The position numbers and the translations under genes were made by a program. The notes under the pieces were generated by a model, which had not been told where the DNA came from, ran no database searches, and was given only the letters and a program-made list of their open reading frames with translations. DNA of 64,000 nucleotides, taken from assembly GCA_041661385.1 (NCBI GenBank), contig JBAZUP010000002.1:14670-78669 (forward strand). Direction: 5' to 3'. The DNA is from Patescibacteria group bacterium. GTDB taxonomy: Bacteria; Patescibacteriota; Patescibacteriia; Magasanikbacterales; GWA2-37-8. Positions 49,836-57,966 of the stretch are shown one piece after another. The first letter of the stretch is position 1. Each line of letters begins with the position of its first letter.

Positions 49836-51347
49836 ATGAGGGAGGGGATTGAAAAAATTCTAAATTCTAAAAGCAAGACGTTTCTCACGTTTTGCTTTTG
49901 TTTTATTGCGGGAAGCGCAATCGTCTCGGTTGCGGCAGTCAATATTTTTGTCTGGTATCTATATTATTTTATCTGCGCCTTGGTTTCCTTGTTAATACTT
50001 TTTTATAGTAACAAACTTTATCGATTTGTATTACTCGCGATAATATTTTTTTCGATTGGTATCTTGCGTTTTGCATTTTCAACTCCTGATTGCACACAAA
50101 GTAATAATGCTTGTTTTTATAATTCCCGATTGGTAAATGTAATTGGGTTTGTGTCCGCCGAGCCAAATGAAAAAGTTGGAGCGACCGAATATTATGTAAA
50201 TATCACACAAATTAAATTTGATAATTTAACAAATAATATTTCCGGCAAAATATTTATTAAAACCTCGCCCTATCCAAAATATCAATATGGCGACGAAATA
50301 CAAATAACTTGCAAACTTCAATCGCCGAAAGAATTGGACACTGGAGATTTTAGATATGATAAATATTTGGCCAGGTATGGAGCTTTCTCAGTTTGCTATC
50401 AACCCCAAATAAACAAGCTTGCTTCGGGCAAAGGTAATATTTTTCTTTCGGGTATTCTGACTTTTAAGAAAAATTTAAATGAACGTTTGAATAAACTATG
50501 GGTGGAGCCCGAGAGTTCGCTCATGGCCGGAGTTTTATATGGAGCTAAATCCGGCCTTCCACAATATTTGTCGGACGCCTTCAGTAAGACTGGCTTGTCG
50601 CACATTATTGCGGTTTCGGGTTATAACATTGCGATCATTGCCGTGGTCGCGATGCAGATTTTAATATATTTGGGATTTTACCGGCAAAAAGCTTTTTATC
50701 TGGTTTTGGTTTTAACCGTTGCGTTTGTTATTTTTTCCGGTATCTCAGCTTCCGCAATCCGGGCTGCCATCATGGGTGTGTTGGTGCTGGGCGCGCGGCA
50801 AGTGGGTCGGGGGAGCCGGATGATAAATGTGCTCGCCCTAACCGTTGCCCTCATGCAACTTGGGAATCCATATTTATTTTTTTGGGATGTTGGGTTTCAG
50901 CTGTCCTTCCTCGCGACGCTCGGGCTTGTATATTTGTCGCCGATTTTAAATTTAAGGCTGGAAAAAATTCCTCTTGCCGGTATCCGGGAGCCGTTCATTA
51001 CTACAATTTCGGCAATAGTTTTTACATTACCACTTATGCTCTATCAATTCGGAACCTTGTCATTTATCGCTCCGCTGGTAAATGTATTAGTTCTCTGGCT
51101 AGTTCCATATTTAATGCTTTTCGGCGCCGTTACCGTCGCTCTGTCTTTCATATTTTTTTCAATTGCTAAAATTGTAGCCGGCCTCACTTATTTTGGTTTA
51201 CATTATGTTATAATAGTTGTAGAATTTTTTGGGAAACAAGGTTGGGCCAGCGCCGCCGTCAATATTCCGCTTTGGCTCATGGTAGTGTTGTATATAGTTT
51301 TATTTTCATTTATAATCAAACAAAATGAAAAAAGTAAAAGTGTATGA
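49836..51347 (+). CDS. comEC: ComEC/Rec2 competence membrane protein (OB plus competence domains)
   Basis: TGLSHIIAVSGYN, SAIRAAIMG, DVGFQLSFLAT. Confidence 0.92.
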   Translation: MREGIEKILNSKSKTFLTFCFCFIAGSAIVSVAAVNIFVWYLYYFICALVSLLILFYSNKLYRFVLLAIIFFSIGILRFAFSTPDCTQSNNACFYNSRLVNVIGFVSAEPNEKVGATEYYVNITQIKFDNLTNNISGKIFIKTSPYPKYQYGDEIQITCKLQSPKELDTGDFRYDKYLARYGAFSVCYQPQINKLASGKGNIFLSGILTFKKNLNERLNKLWVEPESSLMAGVLYGAKSGLPQYLSDAFSKTGLSHIIAVSGYNIAIIAVVAMQILIYLGFYRQKAFYLVLVLTVAFVIFSGISASAIRAAIMGVLVLGARQVGRGSRMINVLALTVALMQLGNPYLFFWDVGFQLSFLATLGLVYLSPILNLRLEKIPLAGIREPFITTISAIVFTLPLMLYQFGTLSFIAPLVNVLVLWLVPYLMLFGAVTVALSFIFFSIAKIVAGLTYFGLHYVIIVVEFFGKQGWASAAVNIPLWLMVVLYIVLFSFIIKQNEKSKSV

Positions 51348-51350
51348 ATC
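51317..51350 (+). repeat. 34-bp direct repeat, left copy
   Basis: caaacaaaatgaaaaaagtaaaagtgtatgaatc; 32/34 identical to 52331-52364. Confidence 0.9.
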
Positions 51351-51352
51351 AT

Positions 51353-51387
51353 AAAACCCCCGACAGTAACACTGTCGGGGGGTTTTA
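51353..51387. terminator. Bidirectional terminator
   Basis: aaaacccccgacagt-aac-actgtcgggggg-tttt. Confidence 0.85.
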
Positions 51388-51442
51388 TTTTTAGCTTTTA
51401 TAAAAAAAATAGTAAATATTTTTTGAAATCCGCTGAGCTTTC

Positions 51443-52165
51443 TTATATTTTTTTAGCAACAGTTATGAGATGCCAAGCATTTATAAATGTGGATCCGTGT
51501 CCGACATAGTCATTTGAAATAATCTTTAGGTCGGCTTTTGAGATTAAAGATTTAATTTCTTCTTTGTGAAAGCAGTGAATGTATAAATTTTTTTTCTCTT
51601 CCCCAATCCATGAGTCATTTTTATCAAGAGATGGCAGTGATCTGCCTAACCAAAGATGCCAGAGTTTTTGTCGCGTGACAGAATGCCAGCATCGGACATT
51701 CCAATTGGCCATAAGAAGTTGCCCGCCAGGTGTCAACACGCGAGCAATTTCTTTAATTGCCTTCTGTCTTAATTCACTACTAGGGATATGGTGCAAAACA
51801 CCAAAACACAGAACAACATCGACTGATGCATCGGCAAGAGGGATATTCAAAACATCTCCCAACAATAGTTTTACGCGGATTGGGTTTGTACCCGTGTTAT
51901 GTTCTTTGATATAGAAATCTGCAGCCGCTAGCATTGTTTGTGAAATATCCTGGCCGATGTAATCTGTAATTTGTTTGTTGACTGCGGAAAAAGCGACGCC
52001 GTTACCACAACCTAGATCCAACAAACGATTTCCTTTACCATATTTATTCCATAGCTCTTTAAGTTGTTCTGGGGGTGTAATTCTGCTAGCGGCCCAATCT
52101 TTTGCCATTTTTTCATATATAATTGCATTTGACTTTAGAATAGCTTCAGCGATTTTCAAATCCAT
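51443..52165 (-). CDS. Class I SAM-dependent methyltransferase
   Basis: LLDLGCGNG, DISQTML, VLHHIPS, ARVLTPGG. Confidence 0.9.
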   Translation of the reverse strand: MDLKIAEAILKSNAIIYEKMAKDWAASRITPPEQLKELWNKYGKGNRLLDLGCGNGVAFSAVNKQITDYIGQDISQTMLAAADFYIKEHNTGTNPIRVKLLLGDVLNIPLADASVDVVLCFGVLHHIPSSELRQKAIKEIARVLTPGGQLLMANWNVRCWHSVTRQKLWHLWLGRSLPSLDKNDSWIGEEKKNLYIHCFHKEEIKSLISKADLKIISNDYVGHGSTFINAWHLITVAKKI

Positions 52166-52330
52166 ATGATTTATTTGATATGAAAGTTAATCAGAATTCA
52201 TTAAATGATTATTGTTACTACTATACCAGTTATTTTCTTCATAGTATAGTAATAGAATTTCATTAAAAATATGATATAATAATATTAGATATTTTGATAA
52301 AATAGTTAATGTAGTTATGTATAATTTCCA

Positions 52331-52364
52331 CAAACAAAATGAAAAAAGTAAAAGTATATGATTC
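52331..52364 (+). repeat. 34-bp direct repeat, right copy, containing the start codon of the next gene
   Basis: caaacaaaatgaaaaaagtaaaagtatatgattc. Confidence 0.9.
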
Positions 52365-52944
52365 GAGGGAGGGGTATAATCTCGCTGCGCACGAATATGA
52401 TAAGCGTGAAGCTTATCTTGGAAGTTTTGAAAAAAATCAACTCATCCCGTTGCTTGGAGATTTGAAGGGCAAGAAAGTTCTTGATGTGGGAGCGGGAACC
52501 GGCCGGTTATCGGTTTCATTTGCGAGACTAGGGGCAGGCGTTACCGCGCTCGACGTTTCGGAAACAATGCTTCAGGAATTATCAAAAAAGAACCGCAACA
52601 TTAAAACCGTAATCGGTGACGCGGAAAGTTTGCCTTTTGAAAACGAAGCATTTGATATTGTCGCCGCCGCTTTTCTTATTGTCCACTTGAAAGACCCGAC
52701 CAAATTTTTTGATGAAGCTTATCGCGTATTAAAGGACGGCGGAATTTTTTTAGTGACAAATATTAATCAAAAAGATCCGCCTAAGATCAAAGCCCACAAT
52801 CATGAGTTTGTGGTCGAATCGTTTTATCATCGCCCGGAGAAAATTAGGGAGATATTGGAATCTTTGGCGTTTGGAATAGAGAAAGAAGAGTTTATAAAAG
52901 AAAATGATGTTTGGATTAATCAAATAATTCTTGCTAGAAAATAG
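52339..52944 (+). CDS. Class I SAM-dependent methyltransferase
   Basis: VLDVGAGTG, DAESLPF, RVLKDGG. Confidence 0.92.
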   Translation: MKKVKVYDSREGYNLAAHEYDKREAYLGSFEKNQLIPLLGDLKGKKVLDVGAGTGRLSVSFARLGAGVTALDVSETMLQELSKKNRNIKTVIGDAESLPFENEAFDIVAAAFLIVHLKDPTKFFDEAYRVLKDGGIFLVTNINQKDPPKIKAHNHEFVVESFYHRPEKIREILESLAFGIEKEEFIKENDVWINQIILARK

Positions 52945-52953
52945 TTTTACGCA

Positions 52954-53351
52954 TCTCGCTATCCCCGCCTGCAACGCTTTGCGTAGCAATGCGGGCAGGG
53001 CTCAATCAATTCAACACTTACCTTAATTCAATATTCCTTAGCCCTGCCGGCGGCATCACTTTTCATAACTGAAAAGTAATCAAAAGGTTCTGGGGGCCGG
53101 CAGAACTCGTTGCCGCGAGGCACCTCAAACAGCTGGCGGCCCCCAAACCCCGTTGGGTAATTGGTTGGTAAACAATTGGATTCCGAGCCTTTGTGGAACG
53201 AAAGCCAAATGTCCGGCGAAATTAGATTTTTTCAATGCGACCCTGCACTTTTGAAAAAATCGTTTTGATTTCGCCGAGACATTTGCCGAGTGAAGCATCT
53301 GCGAGGCAATTTTGGGGGCACACCTTTTGTTGCCAAAAGGGGTGTGGAATA
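52954..53351. repeat. ~398-bp structured dispersed repeat, copy 2
   Basis: Colinear with 44905-45301. Confidence 0.92.
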
Positions 53352-53360
53352 AAATGTTTT

Positions 53361-54191
53361 GTGACAAAAAACAAAATTTTAATAATCGCAATTATAATAA
53401 TCCTAGGGGGATTTTTTTATTTCCGCTATTCTGAAGCGGAACGCCACAAATTTAAGATTGTATTTTTAAATGTCGGCCAGGGTGATGCAACTGTAATACA
53501 ATTTGAAACTGGAGAAAAAATGTTGGTGGATTGTGGGCCTGATCGGGGGATTCTCTCGGCACTTGGTCGCAACCTGGCTTTTTACGACCGTACTATTGAT
53601 TACCTTTTAATCTCTCATCCCGATCTTGATCATTATGGCGGCTGTGTGGATGTTTTAAAAAATTATCAGATAAAAAAGATCTATATAAATGGACGGGAAA
53701 AAACCGACTCGTATTTTCGGGAGTGGAAAAGTGTGAGTACCGGATATTTAACTGAAATCGCCGGCGTCTCAACCACTCTCACCATTGCTTCATCGTCGTT
53801 CCGATTTTTTTCGCCGGACTTATCTTTGGTTTTTAAAAATAAAATATCCGATAATGATTATTCAATAATTTTTAAATTAAGCCATGGTAGCAGCAGTTAT
53901 TTGTTTACCGGCGACGCCGAAGAAACGCTGGAAAAATTATTAGTTGAAAAATATTGTCCGGAAGTAAATAATGCCTGTCCACTTCAGTCTGGTGTTTTGA
54001 AAGTTGGTCACCACGGTTCCGACGGATCTTCGAGTGAGTTATTTTTGTCGCGGGTGAAGCCAATTGAAGCTGTCATTTCGGTTGGCAAGAATAAATTCGG
54101 CCATCCGGGCCTGCGTGCCATCCGCCACCTTGAAAGAATTGGCGCGAAAATCAAACGGACTGATGAAAGCGGGGACATTTCTATAAAATGA
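53361..54191 (+). CDS. ComEC-type metallo-beta-lactamase-fold domain protein
   Basis: NVGQGDA, SHPDLDHYGG, FTGDA, KVGHHGS, FGHP, RTDESG; likely start GTG 53361 with an N-terminal TM helix. Confidence 0.9.
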   Translation: MTKNKILIIAIIIILGGFFYFRYSEAERHKFKIVFLNVGQGDATVIQFETGEKMLVDCGPDRGILSALGRNLAFYDRTIDYLLISHPDLDHYGGCVDVLKNYQIKKIYINGREKTDSYFREWKSVSTGYLTEIAGVSTTLTIASSSFRFFSPDLSLVFKNKISDNDYSIIFKLSHGSSSYLFTGDAEETLEKLLVEKYCPEVNNACPLQSGVLKVGHHGSDGSSSELFLSRVKPIEAVISVGKNKFGHPGLRAIRHLERIGAKIKRTDESGDISIK

Positions 54192-54365
54192 AAAACTCTT
54201 GACGATATTCGTCGGCAAGAGTAAACTTTTTGTAAATATAGGCTGGCTTGCCAGCTGCTACAAAAGCGGCTCAGGCCGCACCTGGGGGCCCCTCCCCATC
54301 AGCGCCGTCGATCCAAAGATCTCCGGCGCTTTAAATTTAGATGAAATTTACTGTGCAAAATAGCC

Positions 54366-54394
54366 TTGACAAAGTTGATAAAAAGGAGTATAAT
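54366..54394 (+). promoter_or_regulatory. Consensus sigma70 promoter
   Basis: TTGACA-17 nt-TATAAT; shares ttgacaaa and aaaaaggagtataat with the promoter at 6227. Confidence 0.85.
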
Positions 54395-54521
54395 TCGATG
54401 TTGTGACAGTACGGAATTAGCCATTTTTGGCTTATCTGGCTGACGATTTTGGCTTGTTTTGAGCCAAGGTCGGCAGCCGGATTTCCCGGCGCCACAACCA
54501 AAGGGGTCTTTAAAGACTCAA

Positions 54522-54596
54522 ATGACGACCATCACCAGCTTCAGCTTTTCCCACGTTCACATCGATCGTCACACCGCGGGCGCCGTCGCGCCCTGA
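54522..54596 (+). CDS. Putative 24-aa micro-ORF / leader peptide
   Basis: MTTITSFSFSHVHIDRHTAGAVAP with strongly C/G-ending codons, inside a promoter-terminator unit. Confidence 0.35.
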   Translation: MTTITSFSFSHVHIDRHTAGAVAP

Positions 54597-54741
54597 CCCG
54601 TCGCCGCCGGCCGCCGAAGCCGACAGTTAGCGCCTGGTGCGCTACCTGACCGGTTAGGCCAACCAACTCCTCATGGAGGAGTCACATCGTGAAGATCACG
54701 AAGCCGAAGGTTCCGCTGTAGCGGATACAACCCCCAACACC

Positions 54742-54777
54742 GGGCGGCCGAGCAATCGGCCGCCCTCATCTTTTTTT
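54742..54777 (+). terminator. Intrinsic terminator
   Basis: gggcggccga-gcaa-tcggccgccc followed shortly by a T7 run. Confidence 0.75.
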
Positions 54778-54834
54778 GGAAACAAAAACAAAAAATGTTA
54801 TAATAATTGCGCCTCGTTTTAGGGCACGGGCATT

Positions 54835-55440
54835 ATGAAAAAATATTTTATAATTTTAATTGTTTTCTTTACATTGGTTTTTATTTTTCCGGCGCGGGCT
54901 GCCGAAGAAATAGATAGTGACAACGACGGTTTGTCTGATAGTGTAGAAATTTCTTTAGGAACAGATCCAAACAATGTTGATACGGACGGTGACGGATTTT
55001 TAGACGGTGTCGAAGTAAAGAATGGTTTTAATCCCTTGAAGGGAAACAAAGACCGCTCGGTGAAGCGCCGGGTAGAAGTGAATCTTGCCACGCAGTCACT
55101 TGATTATTTTTTAAATGATATTAAGGTCGGTTCAGTATTTGTTTCTACCGGTCTTCCTCAAACTCCCACTCCAAAAGGGGAATTTAGCATTATTAGAAAA
55201 CGCCCGATTGTAAATTATTATCATTATCCAAATACCAAGTGGAGCGCTGAGTTCAAAAAAGGTTTCTATATTCATGGCGCTTATTGGCATAATAAATTTG
55301 GTATTCAGGTTATGAGCGGCGGATGTGTGAATGTTGCTTACAAAGATATGGAAGCTTTGTATTCATTCCTGAGTCTCGGCGATAAAGTAAAGATTTTTGG
55401 AGTTCCACCCAAAAAACCGCTAGCACTGTCAAAAAAATAG
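54835..55440 (+). CDS. Secreted L,D-transpeptidase (YkuD) with Ca-binding DxDxDG repeats
   Basis: DSDNDGLSD, DTDGDGFLDG, VSTG, TPKGEF, IHG...SGGCV. Confidence 0.9.
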   Translation: MKKYFIILIVFFTLVFIFPARAAEEIDSDNDGLSDSVEISLGTDPNNVDTDGDGFLDGVEVKNGFNPLKGNKDRSVKRRVEVNLATQSLDYFLNDIKVGSVFVSTGLPQTPTPKGEFSIIRKRPIVNYYHYPNTKWSAEFKKGFYIHGAYWHNKFGIQVMSGGCVNVAYKDMEALYSFLSLGDKVKIFGVPPKKPLALSKK

Positions 55441-55587
55441 AGGTTGATCCCGCTTCACTAGGGAGCAGGGCAAGCAAAAAGTGATGTTTGACAAAACTGT
55501 TTGCCTCGTGTATCATATTGACAGTAATAGCACGATTAAATATCGGTGCTTTTTTTTAACCTAATTTTAATTTAGTAGGAAATAAGT

Positions 55588-56799
55588 ATGTCAGAAATTA
55601 CCAAAGCAATTCAGGCGCTCTGCGATGAGAAAGCCCTCAGTTATGAAGCGGTCATGGAAACCATTGAAGCGGCGCTCGCTGCAGCTTACCGCAAAGATTT
55701 TGGCAACAAGCAACAAAACATCAAAGTAAAATTTGACCCGGACACTGGGGATATGGAAGCTTGGGATGTGAAAACTGTTGTTGAAGATATTGAACCGGAA
55801 GCGCTAGAAAAAGCTCAAGAAGAACTTTCTGCTCGCCGTGAAAAAGCGCGCGGAGAAAATCGCGAACTTACCGAAGAAGAAATGGCCGATTTGCCTCGCT
55901 TCAATCCAAAAACTGAAATCATGATGGCTGAAGCAAAAGTAATTAAAAAGAAAGCCAAAATCGGCGACGTTCTTGAAATTGTTCTCGAAATTCCGCACGA
56001 CTTCGGACGCATGGCCGCCCAGACTGCGAAACAAGTTATTATTCAAAAGATTCGTGAGGCCGAACGCAATATGGTATTCGGAGATTTCAAAGGGCAAGAA
56101 GGCCAAATTATTATGGGTACGATTCAGCGCGTGGAAGGACGTAAAGTTTTGGTTGATCTTGGAAAAATTACCGGTATCATGCCAAGCGACCAACAAAATT
56201 ACAACGAACATTACCGCCCGGGCAACCGCATGAAATTTTATGCTGTGTCTGTGCAGATGACAAATAAAGGGCCGGAAATCGTATTATCACGCAGTGACAA
56301 AGGCATGGTTCGCGAAATTTTCAAGCAAGAAATTCCTGAAGTTCAATCGGGAGTCATTGAAATAAAAGGCATTGCCCGCGACCCGGGTTTCCGTTCCAAA
56401 GTTGCTGTTGCAACCAGTGATCCATCGATTGATCCAATCGGCTCATGTATCGGTCAGCGCGGCAGCCGTATTAACACCATTATTGAAGAACTTGGCGGTG
56501 AAAAAATTGATGTGATTCAATATAATGAAGACGCTGTTAAATATATTTCTCACGCTCTTTCTCCGGCAAAAATTTTGTCGGTAGATTTGAACGAAGGCGA
56601 CAAGGTTGCGACTGTCTCGGTTGCACCTGAGCAATTTTCTATTGCCATCGGACGCAGCGGACAAAATGTGCGCCTCGCTTCCGAATTGGTAGGTTGGAAA
56701 ATAAATGTTCAGGAACCGGCCGGCGGAGCAGTTAAAGATGAAGCAGTAGAAACTGCCGAAACAACCGAAGAAGTTAAAGAAGAAACTAACAAAGAATAA
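55588..56799 (+). CDS. nusA: Transcription termination factor NusA
   Basis: FGRMAAQTAKQ, S1 domain, ARDPGFRSK, CIGQRGSR, AIGRSGQNVRLA. Confidence 0.97.
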   Translation: MSEITKAIQALCDEKALSYEAVMETIEAALAAAYRKDFGNKQQNIKVKFDPDTGDMEAWDVKTVVEDIEPEALEKAQEELSARREKARGENRELTEEEMADLPRFNPKTEIMMAEAKVIKKKAKIGDVLEIVLEIPHDFGRMAAQTAKQVIIQKIREAERNMVFGDFKGQEGQIIMGTIQRVEGRKVLVDLGKITGIMPSDQQNYNEHYRPGNRMKFYAVSVQMTNKGPEIVLSRSDKGMVREIFKQEIPEVQSGVIEIKGIARDPGFRSKVAVATSDPSIDPIGSCIGQRGSRINTIIEELGGEKIDVIQYNEDAVKYISHALSPAKILSVDLNEGDKVATVSVAPEQFSIAIGRSGQNVRLASELVGWKINVQEPAGGAVKDEAVETAETTEEVKEETNKE

Positions 56800-56801
56800 T
56801 T

Positions 56802-57557
56802 ATGTTCTCTTCCGTTTTTCACGAGGTTTTATACAAACCACTATTTAATTTATTTGTCGGTTTGTATAATATTATTCCCGGCCACGATCTTGGCGTTGTT
56901 ATTTTAATTATCACAATAATTCTTAGGGTTATTTTGTACCCGCTTACCACTGCCTCAATCAAGGCCCAAAAGTCTTTACAGGATTTGCAGCCGAAATTAG
57001 ACGCGATAAAAAAAGAATTTCCAACTGACAAACAAAAACAAGCTCAGGCCACCATGGAATTATATAAAAATAATAAAGTTAATCCGCTCGCGTCTTGTTT
57101 GCCGCTCCTTATTCAACTGCCGCTGCTCATTGCCTTATTTTGGGTTTTGCGCGACGGTCTCGCTTCAAAAGATTTGGCCACGAATTTGTATTCATTTGTT
57201 ACGAACCCGGGAACACTCAAATCTATTTCCTTTGGTTTTCTTGATTTATCGAAACCGAGCATCATTCTTGCGGTACTTTCCGGTGCGGCTCAGTTTGTAC
57301 AGACCAAAATGTTAAGTAGAAAATCTCCTCCGAAAGAGGCGGGTGCCGGAGCGAAGGATGAAGATATGGCAACAACCATGAATAAACAGATGCTATATAT
57401 GATGCCGATTATGACCGTGATAATCGGTATAAAATTTCCAGCCGGTTTATCGCTTTATTGGTTTTTCAGCACCGCGCTTATGGTTCTTCAGCAATATATA
57501 GTATTTAAAAAACCCCAAACCCCAATATCCAATGACCAAGTGGTCTCAAAGCAATAA
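56802..57557 (+). CDS. yidC: Membrane protein insertase YidC (short form)
   Basis: LQPKL, LYKNNKVNPLASCLPLLIQLP, PAGLSLYW. Confidence 0.93.
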   Translation: MFSSVFHEVLYKPLFNLFVGLYNIIPGHDLGVVILIITIILRVILYPLTTASIKAQKSLQDLQPKLDAIKKEFPTDKQKQAQATMELYKNNKVNPLASCLPLLIQLPLLIALFWVLRDGLASKDLATNLYSFVTNPGTLKSISFGFLDLSKPSIILAVLSGAAQFVQTKMLSRKSPPKEAGAGAKDEDMATTMNKQMLYMMPIMTVIIGIKFPAGLSLYWFFSTALMVLQQYIVFKKPQTPISNDQVVSKQ

Positions 57558-57616
57558 TAATTTTCTTAAGTATTTTATTGGAAATTGGGATTTGGTCATT
57601 GAGATTTCATAATAAT

Positions 57617-57916
57617 ATGTTCATCAACGAACAGACCTTGATCCGTCTGCCAGTGGTTACAAAATCGGGTGACAAACTCGGGCATATTATCGATATTGAA
57701 ATTGATGTTGATAATCATCAAATCCGCAAATATTTTGTCAGTTCACGTTTTCAAAAAGATACTTACCTCATTGCTCCCTCGCAAATTTTACAGATTACCG
57801 ACGAGAAAATTGTGGTAGAAGACACGGTAATTAAAGATCCGTCTAAACTTCTGAAAAAAAAGAATATCTTGCCGAGAAATTTGGATGCAGTATTGCCGGC
57901 TGAATTTAAAAATTAA
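57617..57916 (+). CDS. PRC-barrel domain protein
   Basis: LPVVTKSGDKLGHIIDIEID; likely start ATG 57617. Confidence 0.82.
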   Translation: MFINEQTLIRLPVVTKSGDKLGHIIDIEIDVDNHQIRKYFVSSRFQKDTYLIAPSQILQITDEKIVVEDTVIKDPSKLLKKKNILPRNLDAVLPAEFKN

Positions 57917-57966
57917 ACTTACAAAGCCCCCTTGGGGGCTTTTGTTTTTATAGGTATACTAAAGGT

